Shown here: in pieces, positions 1 through 9,183 of the stretch
Position numbering within the stretch: position 1 is the stretch's first letter
How the letters are laid out: the number at the start of each line of letters is the position of its first letter
Assembly (NCBI GenBank): GCA_963753345.1
Contig: CAVWBU010000027.1
Coordinates: 128,001-192,000, forward strand
DNA from: an uncultured Fibrobacterota bacterium
GTDB lineage: Bacteria > Fibrobacterota > Chitinivibrionia > Chitinivibrionales > FEN-1185
Direction of reading: 5' to 3'
DNA length: 64,000 nucleotides
Program-made: the position numbers and the translations under genes
Notes under the pieces: generated by a model
What the model was told of the DNA's origin: nothing
Databases searched by the model: none
The model's input: the letters and a program-made list of their open reading frames with translations, nothing else

Positions 1-390
1 CTTTATGCCGTATTCAGCGAGGTTGTCGTGAAGGTTCTGGAAACTTTCCTGGTTCTCCTGCATTTTGTCCTGGGCCGAATCGGCGACAAATACGACTCCG
101 TCAACGCCGCGGAGAACGAGCTTCCTGGTTGCGTTGTAGTAAACCTGGCCCGGAACGGTGTAGAGCTGAAATTTGGTGGAAAATCCTTTGATCTTTCCGA
201 GATCAAGAGGAAGGAAATCGAAAAACAGGGTTCGGTCGGTCTCCGTGGCGAGCGACACCATATCGCTCCGGTAGTCAACCGGGATCTTCCTGTGGATTAC
301 CTGCAGGTTGGTTGTCTTGCCGCTGAGGCCGGGACCGTAGAAAACGATTTTTACGCTTATTTCTCTGATCGCATAATTAATTGAAGCCAT
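1..390 (-). CDS. mglA: MglA-family small GTPase, truncated by the window edge
   Basis: Not in the ORF track. Manual minus-strand translation from ATG at 390 gives [30 protein letters not shown]...[20 protein letters not shown]...[32 protein letters not shown], which are the hallmark MglA motifs. Confidence 0.95.
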   Translation of the reverse strand, partial: MASINYAIREISVKIVFYGPGLSGKTTNLQVIHRKIPVDYRSDMVSLATETDRTLFFDFLPLDLGKIKGFSTKFQLYTVPGQVYYNATRKLVLRGVDGVVFVADSAQDKMQENQESFQNLHDNLAEYGIK

Positions 391-481
391 CGATGGTTCC
401 CTCTCTTAATCACGAGGCAAAAAAACTCTTGTGCGGTTATACGCTCCAATCGGCCAACGATGCACCCACGTTTTCACAATT

Positions 482-510
482 AATATAGTTCCGAAAGAAA
501 GCAGATGCAA
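482..510 (-). promoter_or_regulatory. Putative sigma70 promoter for mglA
   Basis: Minus strand TTGCAT-17 bp-TATATT, about 90 bp upstream of the mglA ATG. Confidence 0.55.
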
Positions 511-638
511 GGAAAGTGTAGGTAGCACAAAACAATCGCTCATGGATTTTTTGTCGCTTTGCAATGTCCGAAATTCTCCCTCAATCTGCTGCAAGATTTC
601 GCGAGGGGAGGGACCTGCGTCACATCGCATGTACCATG

Positions 639-1712
639 TTACTGCTGAATGCCGCGGAAAATTTTGGTCTCCCTGCCCGTAACCGCATCAACCTTTGAAA
701 TGAGACCGGCCTTGACCAGCGATGCGGCGTCAGAAGGCGGTCGTCCCTGCAACGCCCTGTACTGAAGAGCGGCAATCGCGGTCTTCCGCGTATTCCATTG
801 CATCTCCACGGTTGCAATGGATTGAAGACGGCCCATCTCTGCTTCGCGTAAAAAGGTCTTCTTGCCGAAAAATGAAAACAGAAAAAGCGCCGACATCCAG
901 AGCAGAACGATGATTGCGGATCCCATGGCCGCAATAACTTCGGCAATCAGCTTTCCAATTGAAACGGCCGGCGCTTTTGCCTGCTGATGTTTGACGGCAA
1001 GCGGTGCGATTGTGGAATTCTGCCATAATGCAAAAAGAGTTTCGTAAACACGATACGAGTGAATGATTGATTTTTCGCAGAGCGCCCCCACGGCTGTTTT
1101 CCCGTCCACGAGAGACAACACGTAATCCGAGAGATTGGCAAGCGGCGATGCCGGCGCCGCGGAGGGCACGGCGGGTTTGTTGACAATGGAAAATATCGTG
1201 TTGTTTGAGATATGCTGGCGGATCCTTTTCCATTCGTCACTCCGGCGCATTGCCTCCATGGTGATCGCGTCAACCGGAAACGATACGCCGCCGACGACGT
1301 ACTCCTGGATGCTTTCGAGCGAGTCGAACCGATAATTGCCGTCGTCCCACAGGAAAAGGCCGCAGGCGAGGTCTTCAACCCCCATTTGCGCAAGGGTGGC
1401 AAGCTCATTGGCCGCAAGATAATTCCTATTCACCAATTCCCGCGAAAACTGCCGCATTTCCCCGTGGCACACGTACAAGAGTTCGTTGATCTCTTCGTTG
1501 GAATAATGACGCATTGTCTTGAGATACCGAAAGAGAAATGTCTGCAGATTCTGTTCGCTCGTGCCGGCCGCAATCACGGAACCCTGCGAAAAGATGACAA
1601 ATGCTTCGCTGTCGCGGTGTGAGAGGACCAGCTGCCCGGTCTTGGAGTCGCGGGAAATAAGCTGAAAGATTTCCGAAAGTTCGAACTCGCGAAGACTGCC
1701 CCGGAGTGCCAT
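639..1712 (-). CDS. DUF4388 (PatA-N-like) domain membrane protein
   Basis: N-terminus MALRGSLREFELSEIFQLISRDSKTGQL, later LFLWDDGNYRF and MEAMRRSDEW. One C-terminal TM helix followed by a pseudopilin-like YRALQGRPP..LVKAGLI segment. Confidence 0.85.
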   Translation of the reverse strand: MALRGSLREFELSEIFQLISRDSKTGQLVLSHRDSEAFVIFSQGSVIAAGTSEQNLQTFLFRYLKTMRHYSNEEINELLYVCHGEMRQFSRELVNRNYLAANELATLAQMGVEDLACGLFLWDDGNYRFDSLESIQEYVVGGVSFPVDAITMEAMRRSDEWKRIRQHISNNTIFSIVNKPAVPSAAPASPLANLSDYVLSLVDGKTAVGALCEKSIIHSYRVYETLFALWQNSTIAPLAVKHQQAKAPAVSIGKLIAEVIAAMGSAIIVLLWMSALFLFSFFGKKTFLREAEMGRLQSIATVEMQWNTRKTAIAALQYRALQGRPPSDAASLVKAGLISKVDAVTGRETKIFRGIQQ

Positions 1713-1713
1713 G

Positions 1714-3873
1714 TCAATTTCCCCGCTTGGTGAAAACTACCACAGTGCCGACGATCCCCCGGATCGCGAAAATGCCGAAGTATATTCCAACGGCGCAATA
1801 CAACGGCACGGTAACCATTTGTATCGCCCACGCAGGGTAATCAAAAGTTGCATGACGAAGCGAGAAGAAAAGGGCATACACCATTGACGTTGCCGCAAGA
1901 AGCGGCAGCGATTGGTACAAAGGCGCCTCACGGCAAACGAAGCCGGCTCCCGGGAAGAAAAGATCGAGCACCATCGCCCGTACCATTTGAAACCTGATCG
2001 TCCCCAGCTGGATTTTTTCCATAATGCGCTGGCGGATCTGCTCGTTGCGGATGCTCTGGGTCGCCTTGAAACAACTGCTGCAAATACTCCCGCGCTTGCA
2101 CTTGCGACATACCGGTTTCTGACAGACCTTGCAGGATGCCACCCTCCGCACCATGTCTTTTGACCATACGGCATTATCGAGAACGAGAAGCAAAATGAAG
2201 AGAATTACGGACAGGAAACTATACCAAAGGAGCGGAAGGCCGAAAAAGAGTCCGCCGAATCTCTTCTGCGTCGTTTCCCAGGAGCCGCAATAGGCGGGGA
2301 ATATGTTTTTCCAGAAATACCCGGGGCTGAAATCCGGCCAGATGAGCTGGCGGAGAGGCGGCCAGTCTTTTATAATTGGAAAATAGTCGTCATTTTTCTT
2401 AATAAACGCGTCCACGAACTCGGGATCCATGCGTGAGGCCTGGGTTGTGTAATCCATGCCCTTGGCCGTCTCCATGGTCCCGTAATAATAATATTGACCG
2501 AGGTTGAAATAGGGGGGGGCGTAGCCCGGATAGAGGCTGATGCAGTGCTCGTACGCATTTCTGGAGCCGGGAAGGTCGCCGGCATAGTAGAGAGCATTTC
2601 CCGAGGCGGTGATCACAATAGGGTCGTCTTTCGCAAGCGATTGCGCCATTTTAAGGTAGGGAAAGCCTGCAAGCGGCGTCCCTTTTTTGCAGAAGCAAAG
2701 TGCGACCGCGGTTTGGGCAAGGAAGTCGTTGCTGTTGTGCAGCGCGTGCAAACCGACCGTCGTCTCGAGCGGGCCGTAATATCCCTCATCAAGCACCTTC
2801 TTGTAAAGCTCCACCGAACCGTTCGCGGAAAGCGTCTGGTCGAACATGTCGTTGACTTTAACGCCGAGAGGGACAAGGAGAAACATCACGAGGGCGACAC
2901 CGGCGAGCCATTTGTCCTTGGGAACAAATCGCCGCCACAGGATAAAAAAGCAGACCCATGCAAAGGGAAGCATGCCGAGAAATGCGACAGATCCTACCGC
3001 CGCCATCGCGAGAACCAGTTTCCCTCTGGCGTTGAGAATATCCGGGAACCGCTCCGACAAGAGATGGAGCGCAATTGGTGCGCACCGTACCGCGAGGCCC
3101 AGCAGAATCCCCGCTATTAAAAACTCGACCACCAGGGAGAGCCAGCGAAACAGGGCGCGGACGCATGCAAGCTGGGTTTCCCATGACGCGGAAAACGACC
3201 CCCCCATGTCGCGGAGCAAGTCTACGGCCTTCGCAAGGTCAAGAATCCCGGCGTGTTCGATGGAAAAAACTGCGGGCCACAGGCAGCGTCGGTCGAACCT
3301 CTGCGCCCAACCGGTATAAAATTTAATATCGTTCCCGTTACTGCCGGCAAGTGCGACCGACGAGCGATAGAGGAGCTGCTGCACGATGACGGGAGCGGCT
3401 CTCGCACCGGACGTTAGAAAAAGCTGTTCAAGCTTCTTGAGGCATTTTTCCTCCCACGCAGCCAATTCGCACCTGTCAAACTCAACGGCAAGGACCCATA
3501 GTTTGCCGGGATCCCCTTCCGCCGCGGCAACGGCGCGGGCAAACCAACTGGCGGCAACGTTGATGTCGTTGCCGGAAGCTAGCCCTCTCAGAAAGCAGAA
3601 CCACGGAGTGGTGGTGTCCTGCACCGCCGTGCGGATATTGCCCGGTTCCGCCGTCAAATGCTGGAACCGGGCGCTGTCGATGCCCGCTTCGCGATAGCAA
3701 CTGTCCCGCGAATCAAGCGCCGAGGAGATTTCGTGCTCCCAGAAGACCGGATCGGCCCGGGGTGCCAAAGGAACCAGCGCGACAAACCCCAGCCAGACAA
3801 GAAGGGGCATGCCGACACGGCCACGGCCGGACGGGAAGAGAAGATGTTGAAGGAGCACCGTTGTTACTTGCAT
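1714..3873 (-). CDS. Multi-TM TPR protein with a Cys cluster
   Basis: 719 aa; several hydrophobic helices; TPR-like GNALYYAGD and YFNLGQYY; CKVC..VCRKC...ICSSC cluster; ends 1 bp before the DUF4388 gene. Confidence 0.75.
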   Translation of the reverse strand: MQVTTVLLQHLLFPSGRGRVGMPLLVWLGFVALVPLAPRADPVFWEHEISSALDSRDSCYREAGIDSARFQHLTAEPGNIRTAVQDTTTPWFCFLRGLASGNDINVAASWFARAVAAAEGDPGKLWVLAVEFDRCELAAWEEKCLKKLEQLFLTSGARAAPVIVQQLLYRSSVALAGSNGNDIKFYTGWAQRFDRRCLWPAVFSIEHAGILDLAKAVDLLRDMGGSFSASWETQLACVRALFRWLSLVVEFLIAGILLGLAVRCAPIALHLLSERFPDILNARGKLVLAMAAVGSVAFLGMLPFAWVCFFILWRRFVPKDKWLAGVALVMFLLVPLGVKVNDMFDQTLSANGSVELYKKVLDEGYYGPLETTVGLHALHNSNDFLAQTAVALCFCKKGTPLAGFPYLKMAQSLAKDDPIVITASGNALYYAGDLPGSRNAYEHCISLYPGYAPPYFNLGQYYYYGTMETAKGMDYTTQASRMDPEFVDAFIKKNDDYFPIIKDWPPLRQLIWPDFSPGYFWKNIFPAYCGSWETTQKRFGGLFFGLPLLWYSFLSVILFILLLVLDNAVWSKDMVRRVASCKVCQKPVCRKCKRGSICSSCFKATQSIRNEQIRQRIMEKIQLGTIRFQMVRAMVLDLFFPGAGFVCREAPLYQSLPLLAATSMVYALFFSLRHATFDYPAWAIQMVTVPLYCAVGIYFGIFAIRGIVGTVVVFTKRGN

Positions 3874-3960
3874 TGATCAGCAGTCGTTCGTTCTGAAAAA
3901 AGTGGTCTGGTCGCAATCGCACACCGGCCAAACACGGCGTTTCACAATTGCATTATATAA

Positions 3961-3989
3961 ATTCTACATCCGGGGCACTCGAAAGGCAA
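3961..3989 (-). promoter_or_regulatory. Putative sigma70 promoter for the TPR/DUF4388 pair
   Basis: Minus strand TTGCCT-17 bp-TAGAAT. Confidence 0.5.
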
Positions 3990-4095
3990 TTGTAATCATC
4001 ACGGAAATACAGTAATGCGGGCACGAAATCGATCCAACGGAAAATACACGCACGGCGGCAGCAGAAGAAAATCAGCCCGTGCTGTGCTGCCGTCG

Positions 4096-5337
4096 CTAGC
4101 CCTCGCCGCGGACAAGGTCCGCGTTCGATTCGCGCTTTCGCACGACGGCAAAGGAGGTTCCGTCAACGAGCACTTCGCAGGGACGAGGGCGCGCATTGTA
4201 ATTCGACGACATCGAGAAGCCGTACGCTCCTGCGCCGCGCACCGCAATGAGATCGCCCTGGGCGAGACGGTCGATCTCTCGCCCCAGCGCGAGAAAATCG
4301 GACGACTCGCACACCGGGCCGACAATGTCGGCGGTAACGCGATCGGCTCCGGAGCGCCGGACCACGGGGACCGCGTCATGATAGGCGTCGTACAACGGCG
4401 GACGGATGAGGTCGTTCATACCAGCGTCGCATATGTAAAACAGTTTCGATTGCGTCTGTTTCACGTAGGTCACGCTCGTAAGCAGCACTCCGGCGTTGCC
4501 CACGATGAACCTGCCCGGTTCAACGATAAAATTGCATTTCAGCCTGTCGGCCCAGGGAGCGAGGACGCCGGCGAATTGAATGGGGGTGAACGGAGTTTCG
4601 TCTTTGTAAACAATGCCGAAACCGCCGCCGATGTCGATGGTGTGAACGTTGATGCCGTTTTTGTGTAGCCTGGCATACAGGTCGCCGAGTGCTTCGAGCG
4701 CAAGGCGGTATGGCTCCAGCGAGAGAATGGGCGAACCCAGGTGCACATCGATCCCGATCGGGTTGACATGAGGCAAAGCATGAGCTTTGCCGTACAATGC
4801 AACAGCCTCGGCAATGGGGATGCCGAATTTGTTTTCCTTTTTCGCGGTCGTCGTGAAATGATGCGTTCGCGCGTCGATGTCGGGATTTACGCGAAAGGAA
4901 ATCGGGACAATGGTATCCATCGATGTTGCGATATCGGAAACGGCGTGAAGCTCCGCCTCCGATTCGATGTTGAACATGCCGATGCCGCTTTCAAGGGCGT
5001 ACCGCAGCTCCGCGGCGGTCTTGCCGACGCCCGAGAACACGATTTTCTGCGGTTCGATGCCTGCCGCAAGCGCCCTGAAAAGCTCGCCGCCGGACACGAT
5101 GTCGGCGCCGAGTCCTTTGCCTGCGATGACGCGCAGAATGCCCAGGTTAGCGTTCGACTTGACGGAAAAGCATATGCGGACATTGAGCGACTCAAACGCT
5201 CCCACGAGCAATTCGATGCTGTTGACGATGCTTGCTTTGCTGTAGACGTATGCGGGTGTACCTACGTCGCGGGCAATTGACGAAAGCGAAACGTTTTCGC
5301 ACCACAGTTCTTCGCCCACAAGATGAAAATTGATCAT
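4096..5337 (-). CDS. lysA: Diaminopimelate decarboxylase
   Basis: FSVKSN (PLP lysine), DIVSGGEL, HLGS, IDIGGG, EPGR, GPVCESSD, SMSSNYNARPR. Confidence 0.95.
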   Translation of the reverse strand: MINFHLVGEELWCENVSLSSIARDVGTPAYVYSKASIVNSIELLVGAFESLNVRICFSVKSNANLGILRVIAGKGLGADIVSGGELFRALAAGIEPQKIVFSGVGKTAAELRYALESGIGMFNIESEAELHAVSDIATSMDTIVPISFRVNPDIDARTHHFTTTAKKENKFGIPIAEAVALYGKAHALPHVNPIGIDVHLGSPILSLEPYRLALEALGDLYARLHKNGINVHTIDIGGGFGIVYKDETPFTPIQFAGVLAPWADRLKCNFIVEPGRFIVGNAGVLLTSVTYVKQTQSKLFYICDAGMNDLIRPPLYDAYHDAVPVVRRSGADRVTADIVGPVCESSDFLALGREIDRLAQGDLIAVRGAGAYGFSMSSNYNARPRPCEVLVDGTSFAVVRKRESNADLVRGEG

Positions 5338-5383
5338 TCTTCATCCTTGCCGGATTCGTAAAGCGGAAAGAAAAGAACGGGGA

Positions 5384-5644
5384 CTACTTGGCCAGCAGCT
5401 TGTTCACATGAATGCAGAGCCGTGATTTCTTGTTGGCCGCGTTGTTTTTGTGAATGAGTCCGCCGCAGGCGCACTTGTCGATAAAGGACACGGCCGCCTT
5501 GAGACGGTCCGGCGCGGTTTTCTTGTCGTTTGAGTCGAGGACGCTGCGGATGACGGTGCGGAGTTTTGACCATTCGCTCCGGTTCCTGAGATTTGCTCTT
5601 CTGCTTTGTCGGATATGTTTTTCACACGCTTTGTGCTGGGGCAT
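5384..5644 (-). CDS. rpsT: 30S ribosomal protein S20
   Basis: MPQHKACEKHIRQS..NLRNR...IDK...GLIHKNNAANKKSRL. Start moved to the ATG at 5644, which has GGAG upstream. Confidence 0.93.
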   Translation of the reverse strand: MPQHKACEKHIRQSRRANLRNRSEWSKLRTVIRSVLDSNDKKTAPDRLKAAVSFIDKCACGGLIHKNNAANKKSRLCIHVNKLLAK

Positions 5645-5847
5645 CGAGAAAACTCCTTGGAGACTTTCTTGTGAAAGGTGTCGACACGGGATTTGAAACG
5701 ATTCAAAATACATTGGTTCTCGGATGGTAGTCAATAGCTGTCGCCGCACCGGCAGGATCTGCTTTGCGCGGCAGGCCCCCTCAACAATAATTACCAGTTC
5801 CGCGCCGTTAAAGGTATTTTTATTGTGCCTTGTTTTCTTGTCCGGTC

Positions 5848-6963
5848 ATGAACGACAAACGGCAATGCCCGTCACGGGCGGAAGGCAACAACGGCGCGAT
5901 GGACGGATCCTTTACCCATACGGAACTGCGCGGGGCGATTCACCTGCACACGACGTATTCCGACGGCGGGGTTTCTTACCCTGTGCTCATCGACACGGCG
6001 GCGGGGCTCGGGCTGGATTACATCGTTGTCACCGACCACGGATCGCTTGCGGGAAGAGAGGCCGGATACGAGCGGTTTCACGGGGACCTGTTCGTGTGCG
6101 TCGGATACGAGCACAACGATGCCGGCAACATCAACCATTACCTTGCGATCGGGTGCGAGTCGGTGGTGAGCTGGCGCGACACCCCGCAGGGGTACATCGA
6201 CCGGATAAAGGCTCAGGGCGGCGTGGGGTTCATCGCCCATCCCATAGAGGTGCGCCACTACTTCGAGAAATATCCTCCGTACCCGTGGACCGCATGGGAC
6301 GCAACGGGATTCGACGGCATAGAGCTGTGGAACCAGATGTCCGACTGGCTGGAAAGCCTGCGGCACAGGCTCCATTTTGTCAAGTTATTCTACCCGCGAA
6401 GGTTTCTTCTGGAAATACGGAAGGAGCTTCTGGCGAGATGGGACGCCATGAACCGCAGCCGCTTCGTGGCCGGCATCGGCGGCGTCGACGCCCATACCAT
6501 GAAGGTCAGGTTCGGGCCGCTCAGCCGTACCATCTTTCCCATCAAGGTGGAACTCAAGGGGATCAGGACGCACCTGTACGTCGAGCGGCCGCTGCCGGCT
6601 TGCGATGTCGCCGGCGCAAAGGCAATGCTGCTGTCGGCGCTCAAGAACGGGAACGGATTCATCAGCAATTTCAGGAGGGGCGACGCAAAGGGAACGCGGA
6701 TGTTCTTCCTTGACAACAAAGACCGCGCGGTGCCGCCCGGGCTCTGCGGCATCGCCGCGGAGGCGCCCGGACGCCTCGTCGTGCAGGTCCCGGAACAGGC
6801 CGAGATCGTTCTTGTGCGCAATGGCGAGCGCATCGCGTCGCACGGCGGACGGGAGGCGGAGTTTGCAATCAGGAATAGTGGCGTTTACAGAATAGAAGCG
6901 CGAAAAGGAAAATATGGCTGGATTTATTCAAATCCTTTCCCCGTGGGAAGCTATCCGCTGTGA
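5848..6963 (+). CDS. PHP-domain metallohydrolase
   Basis: GAIHLHTTYSDG, VTDH, AHP, IELWN, GGVDAH. Start uncertain (5848 or 5899). Confidence 0.85.
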   Translation: MNDKRQCPSRAEGNNGAMDGSFTHTELRGAIHLHTTYSDGGVSYPVLIDTAAGLGLDYIVVTDHGSLAGREAGYERFHGDLFVCVGYEHNDAGNINHYLAIGCESVVSWRDTPQGYIDRIKAQGGVGFIAHPIEVRHYFEKYPPYPWTAWDATGFDGIELWNQMSDWLESLRHRLHFVKLFYPRRFLLEIRKELLARWDAMNRSRFVAGIGGVDAHTMKVRFGPLSRTIFPIKVELKGIRTHLYVERPLPACDVAGAKAMLLSALKNGNGFISNFRRGDAKGTRMFFLDNKDRAVPPGLCGIAAEAPGRLVVQVPEQAEIVLVRNGERIASHGGREAEFAIRNSGVYRIEARKGKYGWIYSNPFPVGSYPL

Positions 6964-7005
6964 TTGCCGCCGTTCGGCCCCGTTCGGGGCGGGGAACGGG
7001 CGCTC

Positions 7006-7971
7006 ATGAGTCTCCCGCTGCCGCAGCGTTGCGCGGACGCCGTATTTCTTTCCCGTCCGCTGCTGTTGATACCGGTTTGGGGCTTCTGCAGCTTCGGGTA
7101 TGTCGCCGGGCTGCGGTGCGTGAGGGGAGTGGCGTTCGCCTTCGGGTGGGGCGCTCCGTTTCCGAAATTCGGTTGGATGCTGGTATTCTCGCTTTCAGTG
7201 GCCGCAGTCTACGTCTTCAATCAGATAACCGACCGCAACGTCGACGCGGTGAACGCCGGCTTCCCATTGTTGTCAAAGGGGAACATCCCGCTCCGGGTGG
7301 CGTGGGCCAGCGCCGCTCTTCTCGCGCTTGCGTCGGTTCTCATTCCGCTGTGGACGCGTCCTGGTGTGGCGGTGTTTTCGTGCCTGGCGCTTGCAGTGGG
7401 GTTTGCCTACAGCGCAAAACCGGTGCACCTTGCGGGACGGCCGGTGTGGGATTTTCTCGCAAACGCCTCGGGATACGGTCTCATCGCGTTCGGCGCGGGC
7501 TGGCACCTGTCGGGCGCCGCGTTCGGGGCGCGGTTTCTCGCTTCGAGCCTGCCGTATTTCCTGCTCATGTGCGCCGGTTCCATAAGCTCGACGCTGCCGG
7601 ATTACGAAGGAGACCGGCGATACGGCAAAAACACAACGGCCGTTTTTCTCGGCGTGAGAAAAGCCCATCTTGTCGCGTGCGTATTCATTGCGGCGGGACT
7701 CGCATGCTCCCTGCTGGTGCGCGACTGGGCCGCGGCGGCATGCGCCGGATGCGCCGTTCCGCTGTATGCGGCGCATGCCGTTCGCAATACGGTGAGGAGC
7801 ATGGAGGCGACCTATAAAATCGGCGGCATGCTCATGATGGTCGCCGCCGCGGTTCTTGTTCCCTGGCTTGTTCCGGCGTCTCTGGTGTCTCTTCTAGCAA
7901 CGGTGATGTACTTCCGCCTGAGGTTTCATGTCTCGTATCCTTCGCTCGTGCCGATTCCTCCAAAGGGTTAG
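7006..7971 (+). CDS. UbiA-family prenyltransferase
   Basis: Multi-TM protein with Asp-rich motifs NQITDRNVDAVN and LPDYEGDRRYGKNT, plus YSAKP. Start 7006 (ATG) or 6964 (TTG). Confidence 0.85.
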   Translation: MSLPLPQRCADAVFLSRPLLLIPVWGFCSFGYVAGLRCVRGVAFAFGWGAPFPKFGWMLVFSLSVAAVYVFNQITDRNVDAVNAGFPLLSKGNIPLRVAWASAALLALASVLIPLWTRPGVAVFSCLALAVGFAYSAKPVHLAGRPVWDFLANASGYGLIAFGAGWHLSGAAFGARFLASSLPYFLLMCAGSISSTLPDYEGDRRYGKNTTAVFLGVRKAHLVACVFIAAGLACSLLVRDWAAAACAGCAVPLYAAHAVRNTVRSMEATYKIGGMLMMVAAAVLVPWLVPASLVSLLATVMYFRLRFHVSYPSLVPIPPKG

Positions 7972-8980
7972 GATTGCCCTGGGTGCGGCGGCGCTGCTGG
8001 CCGCGGCCTCGCCGTGTGCCGGGTTTTCGCTTCCGGCAGACAGGTCCGCTCAGGCAAGGGCGGTTGTTGACAGGCTTGTTGCGGGCGACTATGACGCGTC
8101 GCTGCTTCTGTGCGACTCAATGATCCGGTCCGACGAAGCCGATCCGCTCGGGTGGATGCTCAAGCTCTCCGCCATAGGGCTCCACGACCTCGACCTTGAC
8201 AGCGCGACAGAATCGCTTGATTTCGGCGGCGTTTTCAGGAAGACTTCAAATGTTATTTACAAATATGAGCGTACCCACGGCGTTTCATCCTATTCGCGCA
8301 CGATCAAGGGATTTTCGCGGGGTATGTCGGCCGCCTACAGTTTGTGGAGGAAAAAATACCTGGCAGGGCTCGATCTCGGCTTCGGCGCCATGGACGACCT
8401 GCAGGAGGCGAAGAAGCTTGACAATTCGAACTTCGACGTCGATTTCTTTCTCGGGTTCTATACCTATGTGCGGGCCGACCTCAAGAAGAATTTCGGCTGG
8501 GCTTTTTTCTGGTACTCCGGCGACAAGGAAGAGGGGATAAGGGCCATCCGTCTGTGCAGCAGAAGCGCGCAGTTCTGCCGCCGGGCCGCGGCATTGCTGT
8601 TGAGCGAGGTCCTGTACCGCGAGGGCCGGTTCGCCGAGTCCGATTCGATCACCGCCGATCTGCTGCGCTTGTTTCCCGGCAGCCGTCTCGTGCAATGGAC
8701 ATGCGCGAAACGGGCCGAAGCGGCGCGGTCGTGGACCGAGGCGGCGGCTTCGTACACAATGCTTGCCGACGCCTACGAGTCACTGCCGAGCGCTCGGAGA
8801 AACTCCCTGGTCACGCGGGACAGGGCGGCGCACATGTATTTTTGTGCCGGCGATTTCGGCCGTGCCAGGCTTGCCTGCAACAAAATTCTCGGACGTGCCT
8901 GCGCGCGGGGCGACGCGTTCTGCCGTCAGATCAGCGAGGACGCCGCAAAACTTCTTGCCGGGCTGCCGGCGGTGCGGTGA
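7928..8980 (+). CDS. Exported TPR-like protein
   Basis: Signal-like ALGAAALLAAASPCAG, helical repeats, DVDFFLGFYTY...GDKEEGI. Start uncertain. Confidence 0.65.
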   Translation: MSRILRSCRFLQRVRIALGAAALLAAASPCAGFSLPADRSAQARAVVDRLVAGDYDASLLLCDSMIRSDEADPLGWMLKLSAIGLHDLDLDSATESLDFGGVFRKTSNVIYKYERTHGVSSYSRTIKGFSRGMSAAYSLWRKKYLAGLDLGFGAMDDLQEAKKLDNSNFDVDFFLGFYTYVRADLKKNFGWAFFWYSGDKEEGIRAIRLCSRSAQFCRRAAALLLSEVLYREGRFAESDSITADLLRLFPGSRLVQWTCAKRAEAARSWTEAAASYTMLADAYESLPSARRNSLVTRDRAAHMYFCAGDFGRARLACNKILGRACARGDAFCRQISEDAAKLLAGLPAVR

Positions 8981-8994
8981 CACAAGGGAACACC

Positions 8995-9180
8995 ATGATT
9001 GCCGTTGACCAGACACTGTGCGACGAGTGCGCAACCTGCGTTTCCGTGTGCCCGACCGATGCAATGATTCTTGACGGAAAGATAATTATTGACGAAGGAA
9101 AATGCATTTCGTGCGGGAATTGCGTTGATGTGTGCCCGTTCGGGGCGCTGTCGCAGGCCCCGGCGCGGGGAAAGGGCTAG
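8995..9180 (+). CDS. 2[4Fe-4S] ferredoxin, 61 aa
   Basis: CDECATCVSVCP and CISCGNCVDVCP; ATG at 8995 preceded by AAGGG. It is the C-terminal part of ORF-track entry 8554..9180. Confidence 0.92.
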   Translation: MIAVDQTLCDECATCVSVCPTDAMILDGKIIIDEGKCISCGNCVDVCPFGALSQAPARGKG

Positions 9181-9183
9181 GCA

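Noticed and set aside
28-384. Plus-strand 118-aa ORF
   Set aside because: Antisense shadow of mglA, which has clear motifs on the minus strand.
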